A stretch of 64,000 nucleotides of DNA from Candidatus Obscuribacterales bacterium (GCA_965228855.1 CBDDIJ010000002.1:512001-576000); one strand, 5' to 3'. Counted from the stretch's first letter, positions 20,086 to 30,831 are shown. Translations and numbers: made by a program. Notes: a model not told the origin generated them from the letters alone.

Positions 20086-21285
20086 ATGAAAACAGAATCA
20101 ACCGATGCGGTGATAATTGGCGGCGGTCCAGCCGGTCTAGCTGCGGCGATCGCACTAGCCAACCGCGGAGCTAAATGCACCGTGGTCGACTTCAAAAAAC
20201 CTCCAATCGAAAAACCTTGCGGGGAGGGCTTAATGCCCGACTCCCTGAAAGAACTCGCAAAGCTGGGAATTGAGCTTCCAAAGACCAGCGGATTCGTATT
20301 CGACGGCATCAGATTTAAACGAGGCAAATATCAGGTGGAGAGCAGCTTTCCGCTAGGCGAAGGTTTAGGTGTAAGACGAACGGTGTTACACCAAGCTCTA
20401 GTTTCCAAAGCGGAAGAATCGAAAAATATTTCTCTCGTTTGGAATACACGTGTCAGCAGAATCGACCCTGATTCAGTTTGTGTCGGGGACCGCGAGATCT
20501 CATATAAGTGGCTCATTGGAGCGGACGGAATTAATTCTGGTGTGCGTAAGTGGGCGAGCCTCGATGTCGGTGAATCGGCGACGTTCCGCTACGGCTTCCG
20601 CAGCCATTATCTGATCGAACCGTGGACATCTCGGATGGAACTTCACTGGGCAGACATCGGGCAGATGTACGTAACTCCAGTAAGTGAAGACGAAGTCTGT
20701 GTCGTCTTCCTGAGCCGAGACAAGAGTATGCGTTTCGAACAGGCGCTCCAGCGTTTTCCGGAGTTAAACGAACGACTGAATGGTGCATGCCTGTCGTCTA
20801 AACTGCAAGGCGCGGTCACTGCAATCAGAACGCTTCGTGCAGTGTCCGGAGAAAATACTGCACTTATTGGCGATGCCTCCGGATCGGTCGATGCTATCAC
20901 CGGAGAGGGACTCGCATCCTCGTTCAGGCAGGCTCTCGCTCTTGCAGATGCACTGGAGCAAAACGATCTTGCAATTTATGCCAAGGCCCATAAAGCACTT
21001 GCACAGTTACCGACGCGAATGGCTCAGCTGATGCTTCTTCTCGACCGTTTGCCAGGTCTTCAAGATCGAATAATTCGAGCCCTTTCACTTACGCCCGACA
21101 GCTTCGGAAACCTGCTGAGCGCCCATGTCGGACATCAATCCCTTCCTCTAACGATCTGCCGAGAAATTCCCAAAATCGCATGGAATCTTTTCGCGACAGA
21201 GCAGACCGGCTCTGAGTGCGACTCAATACCGTTTCCAACTCCCGCACAAACTACGTCCAAGCATGAGGTGACCAAGATTGCGTAG
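20086..21285 (+). CDS. FAD-dependent oxidoreductase/monooxygenase (geranylgeranyl reductase / SrsC-like)
   Basis: IIGGGPAG, KPCGEGL, IGADG and IGDASGSVDAITGEG flavoprotein motifs; follows the PKS directly. Confidence 0.88.
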   Translation: MKTESTDAVIIGGGPAGLAAAIALANRGAKCTVVDFKKPPIEKPCGEGLMPDSLKELAKLGIELPKTSGFVFDGIRFKRGKYQVESSFPLGEGLGVRRTVLHQALVSKAEESKNISLVWNTRVSRIDPDSVCVGDREISYKWLIGADGINSGVRKWASLDVGESATFRYGFRSHYLIEPWTSRMELHWADIGQMYVTPVSEDEVCVVFLSRDKSMRFEQALQRFPELNERLNGACLSSKLQGAVTAIRTLRAVSGENTALIGDASGSVDAITGEGLASSFRQALALADALEQNDLAIYAKAHKALAQLPTRMAQLMLLLDRLPGLQDRIIRALSLTPDSFGNLLSAHVGHQSLPLTICREIPKIAWNLFATEQTGSECDSIPFPTPAQTTSKHEVTKIA

Positions 21286-21892
21286 CAGAGCGACGAAGGC
21301 TTATTTAAAATCGATAGCTGTTTCGACCGTCCTTCTCGGACTTGCAAACTGCGCTCCCGCACTCGCAGAAAACAAAGTTTGGAAGATTGATGAGCAAACA
21401 TCATCGGTTGAATTTTCGGTTAAACATCTGCTCGTTTCGAATGTAACCGGACGTTTTCCGGGTTTCTCCGGCGAAATCGGTTATGACGGTAAGAATCTGG
21501 CACAAGCTACCGTGAAGGCCTCGGTCTCCACCGGTAGTATCAATACGAAAAACCAAATGCGCGATAAGCATTTGAAAGCAGAGAACATCCTCGCTGCCGC
21601 ACTCTATCCTGCAATAACCTTCAATTCGAATCGGGTCGTTCCACTCGCGGATGGCAAATTTGACATCATGGGAAAGCTCACTTTGCACGGTGTCGAGAAA
21701 GAAGTTACACTGCACGCCAGTCCATTGAAAGTTCACTCGGATAAAAACAAACAACGCCTCAGCACCACTGCTTCCACAGACATCGCCCGCAAAGAGTTCA
21801 ATATATTTGTCGATAAGGCGATTGATAAAGGCGGCGCGGTTGTCGGTGAAACGGTAAAAGTTAAACTGAAAATCGAACTTGTCGAGGAATAA
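21278..21892 (+). CDS. YceI-family lipid/polyisoprenoid-binding protein
   Basis: Signal peptide; WKIDEQTSSVEFSVKH, RDKHLK, GKLTLHGVEKEV. Confidence 0.9.
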   Translation: MRSRATKAYLKSIAVSTVLLGLANCAPALAENKVWKIDEQTSSVEFSVKHLLVSNVTGRFPGFSGEIGYDGKNLAQATVKASVSTGSINTKNQMRDKHLKAENILAAALYPAITFNSNRVVPLADGKFDIMGKLTLHGVEKEVTLHASPLKVHSDKNKQRLSTTASTDIARKEFNIFVDKAIDKGGAVVGETVKVKLKIELVEE

Positions 21893-21904
21893 TTCGACGG
21901 ACCA

Positions 21905-23431
21905 ATGAATTTGCCAAACACTGTCGACGGTCGGCGCATATCGAGGATATGTAAGCTTATCGTAGCCGTTTCCATCATTGCCATTGCCGGCAGTTCATGC
22001 CATACAAACCAATCGCAACCGACGGATCGAATCGAAATAGACGGCAGAATAGAAGCTGATGAAACGCGATTGTGCGTACTCACGCCAGGCAAGGTGAGCA
22101 AGGTAAATACCGAGGAAGGTGCGTCCGTTCAAGCCGGACAGGAGCTGCTTGAACTTGATAGCAGTTTGTTTAAAGACCAATTAAAAAGCTTGGATGAACT
22201 TATACGAAAGGCTCAAAACGAAAGAAATGAGATCTCACAGCTGGCGTTGAAGCTGAAGAAACAGCATCCTAGCAAAGCCTTTTCCAAACTTGATATACCG
22301 GCTCTTGAGTCGATTGATCCGAAGCCCGGCAAGCAGTCATTGCCGAAACGAGAAAGCAAAACCGTCGCTAGCACTGATGACGACAGAAACGCAACTGAGA
22401 CAAAAAGTAAAGGTCTAGCAGAGCCGCTGGAGCAAATAAACGAAGTTCAAAGCACGCAGACAAAACTGCTGAACGAGGCAACGGCAAATATGCTCGCCAC
22501 CGTAGATGGTGCGTATAGTCGCGAACTACAGATGCTAAAAGACGGCAAAGAGGACGCCCTGAAGGCTCTCGGCTCCAAGTTTCCATTCTCCTCCATGGCA
22601 AAAGCTAAGAGAACCGGAATCGAGCAAGTTTTTGACGCAAAAGAGAAAGCACTTACACAAGCTTATCAAGCCCAACGAAAGGCGATCACAGAATCGTCCA
22701 CGGCAAAGAAGAAGGCTCTAGACGAGAGTATCGAGTCACGAAGACAATCGTTACGTCAATTGAACACCGCCAGAGATGAGATGCGAAACGAACTGGTCGG
22801 CGCGCAAACTAGTATTCAACAAACAATCGAGAAACAAAAGCAACTTCTCAGCTCCGCCGTGCGACTAGAAAGTAACAGAATCGCTCGCGCCACACTCGAT
22901 CAAGTCCAACGAGCCGGCGCCCGCAGCAAGGCTGAGATGATCGAGATGCAGAAGGAACAGGCGCGAGCGCGCCTAGCGATGCTGGATACAGACATCCTCA
23001 AAGCGCAGGCGCTAAGAACAGAACTGCAAAACAAGATCGACCTTTGCACCGTTCGCAGCCCGGTAAAAGGAGTCTGTGTCATGCGTGCAGTGCAGCCTGG
23101 TGAACTCGTGATTCCGGGACAGACTCTGTTGAAGCTGATAGACGACGAGAAGTTGTATGTTCGTGCAACAGTAACCGCAGGCGACCTTTCCAGGCTGAGA
23201 GTTGGTCAGAGAGCAGAAGCAAGGCCTGGCTCGGCGCTGGAAAAACCGCTGTTGGCAAAGGTGACTACCATCGAAACAACCCCATGTTTCACTCCCAAGG
23301 GCGTCTATTTCAAGGAAGATCGAGTTAAACAAGCTTATGGCGTAAAGTTATCGCTCGAGGAACATAACATCGCAGCAAAGCCAGGGATGCCGGTTTCAGT
23401 CACTGTTTTTGCGGACGGGAAAAGCAAATGA
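21905..23431 (+). CDS. HlyD/YbhG-type membrane fusion protein with a long coiled-coil insertion
   Basis: GRIEADE...PGKVSKVNTEEGASVQAGQEL, VRSPVKG, FTPK and AKPGMP; possible lipobox GSSC. Confidence 0.85.
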   Translation: MNLPNTVDGRRISRICKLIVAVSIIAIAGSSCHTNQSQPTDRIEIDGRIEADETRLCVLTPGKVSKVNTEEGASVQAGQELLELDSSLFKDQLKSLDELIRKAQNERNEISQLALKLKKQHPSKAFSKLDIPALESIDPKPGKQSLPKRESKTVASTDDDRNATETKSKGLAEPLEQINEVQSTQTKLLNEATANMLATVDGAYSRELQMLKDGKEDALKALGSKFPFSSMAKAKRTGIEQVFDAKEKALTQAYQAQRKAITESSTAKKKALDESIESRRQSLRQLNTARDEMRNELVGAQTSIQQTIEKQKQLLSSAVRLESNRIARATLDQVQRAGARSKAEMIEMQKEQARARLAMLDTDILKAQALRTELQNKIDLCTVRSPVKGVCVMRAVQPGELVIPGQTLLKLIDDEKLYVRATVTAGDLSRLRVGQRAEARPGSALEKPLLAKVTTIETTPCFTPKGVYFKEDRVKQAYGVKLSLEEHNIAAKPGMPVSVTVFADGKSK

Positions 23432-25371
23432 GTGACGGCGAAAGAAACGCTCCGGTCTATTCAGTGCGGCTGCATCAGCTGACCAAGACGTTCGCCGGAG
23501 TCAAAGCCGTGAACAATCTTGACCTGGAGATCCAACAAGGCGAGCTGTTTGGATTCATAGGTCCTGATGGTGCTGGGAAATCAACCCTCTTTCACGCGAT
23601 TGCGGGAGTGCTGAAACCCACTTCCGGTTCTGTCGAAATACTCGGTAAAAGAGCGCGCGAAAATCGCCTCGTGATTGGTTACTTGACCCAACAGTTCTCT
23701 TTGTATCCGGAGTTGTCGGTCGACGAAAATCTCCGCTACTTCGCCGGTACAAGGTCGATTCCGAAAGAGGTGTTTGAACCAAGGCGCGACCAGCTGCTTA
23801 ACCTGGTTGGTCTAACACCATTCGCCAACCGGCTAGCCATCAATCTCTCAGGCGGTATGAAACAAAAGTTGGCGCTCTGCTGTGCGCTGATTTTTTCTCC
23901 GCAGATTTTACTTCTAGATGAGCCAACTACCGGTCTGGACCCGATATCGAGGCGCGAATTCTGGTTGTTACTTTCCAGAGTCGCCCACTCCGGCGTGACT
24001 ACCCTAATCGCAACTCCGAATTTCTCTGAAGCCGAACTCTGCGACCGGGTCGCGCTCATGAGACACGGAGAAGTCCTGGCGCTGGGTCGACCGGATAAGT
24101 TAAGAGCGGAGCTATCTGTCAGTCGGATACAGATCCGAACAGATAACATCAACGATGCAGTTCAAGTCGTTTATAAAACAATAAATACTCAATCGGATAT
24201 TGAAGTATGCGATATCAACACTTACGGCGATCGTCTCGACCTGTTAACCACCAGCAAAGAGAAAACTGTAAGCACTATAGAAAAGGCGCTGGTGCTTAAT
24301 GGTATTGCATCTAATACCATTTGCTCGATAGAGGAGCCAACTCTCGAAAATGTTTATATACTGAACTCTCGGCAACATGGAACTGCAGAGCAAGATATTG
24401 TGCCCTTCCCGAAGAGCATCCGCTCTCCTTCTCTGCATGGAAACGCCAGCGTCGCAATTTTGGCCGAAGATTTGCAGAAGAACTACGGCGGTTTTTGCGC
24501 TGTAAACAAGGTCAGCCTGGCGATTAAACGCGGCGAGATCTATGGTTTGCTGGGCGCCAACGGCGCGGGCAAAACCACTACCATCAAAATGCTGTGCGGT
24601 TTGGTCAAGCCAAGCAATGGCAAGCTGCGAATAGGCGACGGGAACTTAGCTCAAAACTCTCGTGCATTGCGCCAGACTATCGGCTACATGAGCCAGAAAT
24701 TTACTTTATACGAAGATCTCTCCGTGATCGAGAATCTCAACTATTACGCATCTGCATACGCTATTCCCAATCGAAATCGAATCGCCAAGATCGACTGGGT
24801 ATTCGCCATCTGCGAACTCTCCGACATCCGCAACGCGCTTGTAAAAACACTTCCGCAAGGCTTGAAACAGCGCATCGCATTCGGTGCCGCAGTAATGCAT
24901 GAACCGGAGATACTTTTCCTGGATGAGCCTACCTCCGGGCTTGATCCGCTAGCACGGCGGCAGCTGTGGAAGGCAATTCGTCAAATCGCACAGCATGGAA
25001 CGGCAGTCCTCGTCACCACTCACTTTCTCGATGATGCGGAATACTGTCACAGGTTAGGACTTATGGTCTCGGGTAAGCTTATCGCCGAAGGATCGCCACA
25101 AGCCATCAAAGCAAACAGTGAACCGATTTTCGAGCTTGTGGTCGACAATACACAGAAGGCTTATGCCGTTCTCTCAGAGAGGCTCGACGGGGCGCGGATA
25201 TCGGTTTTTCCAAATCGAATGCACTTGCAAATCAGCGACGGTGATGTAGACGAAAAACGAGTTATGGAATACTTGAGCGTTGGCGGTATCGAAGTAAAGC
25301 GAGCCGGATTAATACCGCCCTCGCTGGAAGACGCCTTTGTCCAGCTGGTCGGAAGAGGAAATTTCGATTGA
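23428..25371 (+). CDS. ABC transporter ATP-binding protein with two NBDs (YbhF-like)
   Basis: GPDGAGKS, LSGGMKQ, LLLDEPTTG; GANGAGKT, LFLDEPTSG, TTHF. Confidence 0.94.
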   Translation: MSDGERNAPVYSVRLHQLTKTFAGVKAVNNLDLEIQQGELFGFIGPDGAGKSTLFHAIAGVLKPTSGSVEILGKRARENRLVIGYLTQQFSLYPELSVDENLRYFAGTRSIPKEVFEPRRDQLLNLVGLTPFANRLAINLSGGMKQKLALCCALIFSPQILLLDEPTTGLDPISRREFWLLLSRVAHSGVTTLIATPNFSEAELCDRVALMRHGEVLALGRPDKLRAELSVSRIQIRTDNINDAVQVVYKTINTQSDIEVCDINTYGDRLDLLTTSKEKTVSTIEKALVLNGIASNTICSIEEPTLENVYILNSRQHGTAEQDIVPFPKSIRSPSLHGNASVAILAEDLQKNYGGFCAVNKVSLAIKRGEIYGLLGANGAGKTTTIKMLCGLVKPSNGKLRIGDGNLAQNSRALRQTIGYMSQKFTLYEDLSVIENLNYYASAYAIPNRNRIAKIDWVFAICELSDIRNALVKTLPQGLKQRIAFGAAVMHEPEILFLDEPTSGLDPLARRQLWKAIRQIAQHGTAVLVTTHFLDDAEYCHRLGLMVSGKLIAEGSPQAIKANSEPIFELVVDNTQKAYAVLSERLDGARISVFPNRMHLQISDGDVDEKRVMEYLSVGGIEVKRAGLIPPSLEDAFVQLVGRGNFD

Positions 25372-26483
25372 AGGCGATCAGATCACAGATTGAAAAGGAG
25401 TGGTCTTCGTTTCGCCGAGACCGGCTCGGGATGTCACTTGCCATTCTGCTACCGCTAGCCACGCTATTGCTATTTGGATACGGAGTTCGTCTTCAAAACT
25501 CCGACATACCGATCTGCGTCGAAGACCGTGACAAAACCGCCAGCAGCAAGAACGTGATTGCGCACCTTCGAGAATCCAGGGAATTGAAAGTGCTGGAGGC
25601 GCCATCCGGCAATGATCTTTCTACTCTGCTCCTGGAAAACAAAGCAAAGGCTACTGTCTTTATTCCAAAAGGTTTCTCCACAAAGATAGAGAGCGGAGAA
25701 GCCAGTCCGTTTCAAGTCATTGTTGACGGAAGCGACGTAGGATGCGCCGAGACTGTGAACGCACTCGCACAGAAAGCCGCTTTCCAGGCGGAACACCAGA
25801 CGAAGACAGTCAATCCACAGGCATACTTCGCAGTGCCCGAGTTCAAAATTCTCTTCAACCCCGGCGTCGACGAGACACCGTATATAGTATCAGGTGTTTT
25901 CGCCATTGTTCTCTGGATGTATCCGGCTCTGTTGTCCGCTGTTGCGATTTCACGAGAGCTCGAACAAAAGACTATTATTCAGGTTTACGCTTCAGGTCTA
26001 ACACCATCACAGTTTCTCGTCGGAAAAGGCGCTGTATATTTCCTGGTTGGAGCAGCCGTCTCAATTGCTATGGCAGTCCTCGGCAGCGTCATATTTGGAC
26101 TAAAAACCGATATAGCCTGGGCACCGCTATTTCTCTCGACCCTTACCTACATTGCAGCAGCAGTATCTTTCGGACTGTTCGTCGGCGCAGCGACCCGCGA
26201 AGAGAATATCGCCGTACAAGCCACCGCAACTGGTGGCTTCTTCCCAGCATTGCTATTGTCGGGCTTTGTGTATCCATTATCTAACATTCCCTATCCGCTT
26301 TCATTGGTGAGTTACATCGTTCCCGCTCGTTATTACATCGACATTTGTAGAGACATCTATCTACGAGCCGGTGGCTGGGAAGATGTGTGGTGGCGAATAA
26401 TCACCATCGGAGTCTTCGGACTGATACCTTATCTGGCCGCCTGGAACGCGATCCGGCGCATGAGTCTGGAGGGCAAGGAATGA
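25368..26483 (+). CDS. ABC-2 exporter permease (YbhS-like)
   Basis: ILFNPG, ISRELE, LLSGFVYPL, PARYY; multiple TM helices; translationally coupled. Confidence 0.9.
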   Translation: MKAIRSQIEKEWSSFRRDRLGMSLAILLPLATLLLFGYGVRLQNSDIPICVEDRDKTASSKNVIAHLRESRELKVLEAPSGNDLSTLLLENKAKATVFIPKGFSTKIESGEASPFQVIVDGSDVGCAETVNALAQKAAFQAEHQTKTVNPQAYFAVPEFKILFNPGVDETPYIVSGVFAIVLWMYPALLSAVAISRELEQKTIIQVYASGLTPSQFLVGKGAVYFLVGAAVSIAMAVLGSVIFGLKTDIAWAPLFLSTLTYIAAAVSFGLFVGAATREENIAVQATATGGFFPALLLSGFVYPLSNIPYPLSLVSYIVPARYYIDICRDIYLRAGGWEDVWWRIITIGVFGLIPYLAAWNAIRRMSLEGKE

Positions 26484-27598
26484 GTGCCTTGAAACGCTTG
26501 TTCGAGAGCAGGCTCTTCGGACTGGTCTATAAGGAGACGATGCACACGCTTCGCGACAAGCATCTTCTATTCCTACTAATTTTTCCTCCGACCCTGCAGC
26601 TCTTCATCCTGGGAGCTGCGCTAGACGTGGGGCTCCGAAATGTACCAATCGGGCTGGTCGACAACTGCCAGAGCGTGACGAGCAGAAGACTTGTTTCCGC
26701 TGTCACGGACACAAACATTTTCAAACTAAAATCTGCGTACTTGAGCGAACAGGAGCTGACGAATTCGATCAAGAAAACCGAAGTGAAGCTAGGACTGGTC
26801 ATACCATCCGACTTTGACCGCAGCCTTGCACGAGAACATGTCGGTCGCGTCGCAGTTATCATCGACGGCGTTGACGCCTATACCGCCAATATTGCCCGTG
26901 GTTATTTGATGCAGATCTTCCAGCACTTCGAGGTGAATTCAGATCCTCCGCAACAGTTGATTGAGCCGGTCGTAACCGTATTTTTCAACCCCGGACTTGT
27001 GAACAGCTGGTATTTTGTGCCGGGCGTGATCGGAGCGATGTTAACACTCACCAGCACGCTGGTTTCATCCGCATCACTTCTTCGGGAGAAGGAGCTGGGC
27101 ACGCTGGAACAACTTTTAATGACACCATATTCGGTGAGCGAAATTCTATTCGCCAAGGTCTTGCCCGTTTTCGTATTGCTACTTTGCGATGTCTTCCTCG
27201 CCCTCGGCATGGCGTTGTTCGTCTTCAAACTTCCATTTCGAGGCGACATATTCATATTCCTTGTCGCCAGCGGGTTGTACATCTGCGTCGGCATCGGCCT
27301 TGGTATCTTGATGGCAACGGTTTGCAAAACGGAGAGACAAGCTCACCTCGTTTCTTTCTTCGTCAATATCCCGTTGATGCAACTTTCAGGTGCCGTTGTC
27401 CCATTTGAGACCATGCCTCAATTGCTCCGACAAATCGCCTCGATCGATCCACTGCGGGACTATACGATCATAGCCAGAAGCCTGTTCCTGAAAGGGTCCG
27501 GATTAAACGCTCTGATGCCGCACCTTCTGATGCTGGGCGCGGCTGCGCTTGTCTTGTTCAGTTTCAGCATTCTACGCTTTCGCAAACAATTGGACTGA
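26480..27598 (+). CDS. ABC-2 exporter permease (YbhR-like)
   Basis: FFNPGL, VPGVIG, REKELGTLEQLLMTP, LSGAVVP; ATGA overlap with the upstream stop at 26480-26483. Confidence 0.92.
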   Translation: MSALKRLFESRLFGLVYKETMHTLRDKHLLFLLIFPPTLQLFILGAALDVGLRNVPIGLVDNCQSVTSRRLVSAVTDTNIFKLKSAYLSEQELTNSIKKTEVKLGLVIPSDFDRSLAREHVGRVAVIIDGVDAYTANIARGYLMQIFQHFEVNSDPPQQLIEPVVTVFFNPGLVNSWYFVPGVIGAMLTLTSTLVSSASLLREKELGTLEQLLMTPYSVSEILFAKVLPVFVLLLCDVFLALGMALFVFKLPFRGDIFIFLVASGLYICVGIGLGILMATVCKTERQAHLVSFFVNIPLMQLSGAVVPFETMPQLLRQIASIDPLRDYTIIARSLFLKGSGLNALMPHLLMLGAAALVLFSFSILRFRKQLD

Positions 27599-27683
27599 CG
27601 CGAACCCGCTACTATATCACCCCAAAGACAGTTCAAGCACCGGGCGGGCTTTCGGACATCATGATCAGACTTGAGCTTTGCTT

Positions 27684-27735
27684 TGTCTACGAGCCATTGC
27701 CGCTTTTCGTGAAATCCGGCAATGTGTCATAGACA
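27684..27735. repeat. 52-bp dyad element, copy 2
   Basis: tgtcta-cgagccat-tgccg-cttttcgtgaaatc-cggca-atgtgtca-tagaca; CTACTATA at 27609, TATAGTAG at 27826. Confidence 0.9.
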
Positions 27736-27857
27736 AACAGGCAAAAAGATAACGGCTTCGGATAGGTGGGCGCCCGAAAGCCCCATGGGTTAACTACTCT
27801 GCCGGATTTGCTAAATACTGCCTTTTATAGTAGCAAAACCGAAGAGGCGAAGACCGC

Positions 27858-27876
27858 CAGGAACCGAGGGTTCCTG
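27858..27876 (-). terminator. Probable terminator of the ftsH operon
   Basis: caggaacc-gag-ggttcctg hairpin. Confidence 0.45.
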
Positions 27877-27959
27877 ACGATCTCCGGGGCGATTTTCGCA
27901 AGGTGTCGCGTGGGAAGATTCACCTTCCGCAAGCGCAACTCTGCAGAAATCGAAATAGC

Positions 27960-28172
27960 TCAGTCCTGGTCTTTGAACACGATCCCGATGGTGACGAGCA
28001 TGTTCAGGAAGGCGTTGACCATGAAGAACATGGTCCACTGCAGGTCGTTCGCTTCGTTGAAGTGGTGAGCTCCGACGAACGACGAGATGGTGATGAAGAG
28101 CGCGATGCAACCGCGAACGCGATCGCTCTTGCTCGAAATACCGGTCCCGGTGGGTTTGAACATCGGGGTCAT
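27960..28172 (-). CDS. 70-aa two-TM membrane protein translationally coupled to ftsH
   Basis: TAATG stop/start overlap with fts[18 protein letters not shown]...CIALFITISSFVGA...WTMFFMVNAFLNMLVTIGIVFK. Confidence 0.7.
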   Translation of the reverse strand: MTPMFKPTGTGISSKSDRVRGCIALFITISSFVGAHHFNEANDLQWTMFFMVNAFLNMLVTIGIVFKDQD

Positions 28173-30358
28173 TAGAGCACCTCCTTCTTCTTGGCGGGCG
28201 AGATGTCGATCACGAGCTTCTTGGGGTCGACCTTGGACGGATGGGTCTTCTTGAACTCCAGCCAATCCTGCTCGATCATGGTCTCCTTCTCGCGAAGGAT
28301 GGCGACGAGCGCTTCGAGGCGTTCCCTGTCGGTCTCGATGATGTAGACGGCGAGGTCGTAGCAGGCATTCGCGATGCGCCGCCACTCGTCGTCGATCTCG
28401 TCCATGAGCTTGGGACCGACCGAGGAGATCGGACCGCTGCCCATGCCGCGCATGCCAGTGCTGCCGCCGGCGCCGACCGAGATCATCCCGAGACGGGACA
28501 TACCCCAGCGCGTCACCATGGTGTGAGCCATACGGCAGCCCTGCTCGAAGTCGTTGGAAGCACCGCTGTCCATCTTGCCGAGCAGCACCATCTGAGCGGC
28601 ACGACCCGCCATCGCCATGACGATGCGAGCGACGCACTGCTCGAAGTCCATGCCGTAGCGATCCTCGCCGGGCATGCTCTGAACGTAGCCGAGCGCCTTG
28701 GACCGATTCATGATCGTGATCTTCACGACCGGGTCGGCACCAGGCATCACGTCGGTGGCGATGGCGTGACCGCCCTCGTGCACCGTCGTGTTGTTCTTGT
28801 TGTCCTCCGACATCGCCTTCTGGCGCTCGGGATTCGCACCGCCGTAGCGGACGAAATCGATGCCTTCGTCGAAGTCGGTGTTCAGGATGACGGCGCCGGC
28901 AGCCTGCAGGCTGGCAATCGCTTGCGCAATCGCAGCTTCCACGGCTTTCTCGTTGACCTTGCCATCGACCAGCGGAATTTCCGGCAGGTCGAAACCGTGA
29001 CGATCGGCGGCGAGGAGAGCAGCGCGGCTGCAAGCACCTTCGATTTCGGCGCCGCTGTAGCCGTAGGTGCGCTTCGCCAGAGCCGTCAGCTCGACGTCCT
29101 GAGCGAGCGGCTTGCCGCGGGTGTGGATCTTGAAGATGGCAGCGCGACCTTCAGTGGTCGGCAGATCCACCGTGACCTGCGCGTCGAAACGGCCCGGACG
29201 CAGAAGCGCGTCATCGAGCATGTCGACACGGTTGGTGGCGGCGAGCAGGAAGAGACCTTCGTTGTCGTTGATGCCGTCCATCTCGACGAGCATGGCGTTG
29301 AGCGTCTGTTCACGCTCCTGGTTGCTGCTCTCGCCGTGACCGCCACCGCGCTTGCCGCCCACCGCATCGATTTCGTCGATGAAGATGAAGTGCGGCTTGC
29401 CAGTTTTGCGAACCTTGGCACGACCGGACTCGAACATGTCGCGAACACGGGACGAACCCACGCCGACGAACATCTCGACGAAGTCGGAGCCGGAGGTTGC
29501 TTCGAACGAGCCGTCGGTTTCGCCCGCGAGGGCGCGTGCCAACAGCGTTTTGCCGGTACCCGGAGGTCCGACGAGCAGGATGCCCTTCGGCAGCTTGGCT
29601 CCGAAGAACTTGTAGAGCCAGCGACGCTTGACCGCCTTGGCGAGACGACGAAGTTCCTTGACCGCTTCATCGGCACCGGCGACATCGTCGAACGTCACCA
29701 CGCGCATCTGCTTCGTCTTGTCGTCCGAACTCGTCGAGCGAGCCTTGCCGAAATTGGCCATCTTGCCACCCGGACCGGCAGCACCCATGGCCGCGCGATT
29801 GCGGTTGGACATCCAGACCATGGCGAGAACGAGGATGACGATCGGACCGAAGGTCCAGGCGAGACGCTGAAGCGAAGAGGTGGAATCATCTTCCGCCTTC
29901 CAGAGAATCTTCTTCTCGCGCGCGGTCTTCAGGACCTCGGCACGGCCGCCCTGTTCAGGCAGGGTGACGAAGTACTTGGTCGAGTCACCGGTCTTGTAGA
30001 CGGCGATGCGGTCGACGCCGTTGAGGAAGGTGATCGAGCTCACGGCACCGGGGTTGGTGTCCATGAGGAGGAACAGCTCGGACGCCTGCATGTAGGCGGT
30101 CGGCTGAACGCCACGTCCACGAGACGGAGCGGCGGGTGAAGCGGGGGAGGTCTGGGTGCTGGTTCCGACTTGAGCTCCCGGCGCCTGAACGGCGGGGGGT
30201 GCCTTGGTCACCACGGGCGCGCCACGCGTGTGAACAGCGGGCGGGGTGACAGTGCGGACGGGTCCTTCCGAGGTGAGGACAAACCCGACAAACGCGGCAA
30301 TCAGCGGAATCGCAAGCATCCAGATGACGAACTGCTTGTTTTCAGGTGAGAGTTTCAT
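28172..30358 (-). CDS. ftsH: ATP-dependent zinc metalloprotease FtsH (divergent paralogue)
   Basis: Two TM helices, [11 protein letters not shown] pore loop, [38 protein letters not shown] 30358 after GGAG. Confidence 0.93.
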   Translation of the reverse strand: MKLSPENKQFVIWMLAIPLIAAFVGFVLTSEGPVRTVTPPAVHTRGAPVVTKAPPAVQAPGAQVGTSTQTSPASPAAPSRGRGVQPTAYMQASELFLLMDTNPGAVSSITFLNGVDRIAVYKTGDSTKYFVTLPEQGGRAEVLKTAREKKILWKAEDDSTSSLQRLAWTFGPIVILVLAMVWMSNRNRAAMGAAGPGGKMANFGKARSTSSDDKTKQMRVVTFDDVAGADEAVKELRRLAKAVKRRWLYKFFGAKLPKGILLVGPPGTGKTLLARALAGETDGSFEATSGSDFVEMFVGVGSSRVRDMFESGRAKVRKTGKPHFIFIDEIDAVGGKRGGGHGESSNQEREQTLNAMLVEMDGINDNEGLFLLAATNRVDMLDDALLRPGRFDAQVTVDLPTTEGRAAIFKIHTRGKPLAQDVELTALAKRTYGYSGAEIEGACSRAALLAADRHGFDLPEIPLVDGKVNEKAVEAAIAQAIASLQAAGAVILNTDFDEGIDFVRYGGANPERQKAMSEDNKNNTTVHEGGHAIATDVMPGADPVVKITIMNRSKALGYVQSMPGEDRYGMDFEQCVARIVMAMAGRAAQMVLLGKMDSGASNDFEQGCRMAHTMVTRWGMSRLGMISVGAGGSTGMRGMGSGPISSVGPKLMDEIDDEWRRIANACYDLAVYIIETDRERLEALVAILREKETMIEQDWLEFKKTHPSKVDPKKLVIDISPAKKKEVL

Positions 30359-30831
30359 ATCCGTTACTCCAGATTTGAAGGCTGGATTAGACGCAGCCTT
30401 TGTCCGGCATATTTGCGGGACGAGCGAAAAAGGGTAAGAACACCGCTCGAGTGACTCGAACGATCCATGACGCGCTTGCAACTGAGACTCACCCACCGTA
30501 AAGACCCGCCGTCACTGTTTAAGACGCGCGAAATCTGATTTTGGAGGTGAAAAGGTTATTGTGCCTTGGTTTTCTCAGAGAGTTGCAGAAGCTGATATGT
30601 AATTCGAACCTACGCGCCGAGGCATCCTCATGACAATAGGCCGATAGTCGTAACTGACAACTATTTACCATATGAACTTTTATGTTTCCTTAAGAATCCT
30701 TGAAACCTAGCGCTAGATTAGCGTAGCGGCAGAGAAGACAGAGCCACTACTATCACATACAGGATCCGCAAAATCGTACAGAGCCCTAGCAGACCGGCTT
30801 TCCGGGTTCCAGCTATCCGTAGCCCCGAATT

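Noticed and set aside
23428..25371. Missing H-loop His in the first NBD (ATPNF) and LPQG signature in the second as a novelty
   Set aside because: Similar deviations are normal for YbhF-type double-NBD proteins.
27960..29033. 357-aa Arg-rich ORF overlapping ftsH in another frame
   Set aside because: Only the last 70 codons (from ATG 28172, with RBS) look like real protein; the rest is off-frame ftsH sequence.
28241..30139. 632-aa ORF antisense to ftsH
   Set aside because: Shadow ORF caused by C/G-ending codon bias on the coding strand; it has no motifs, whereas the ftsH motifs are unambiguous.
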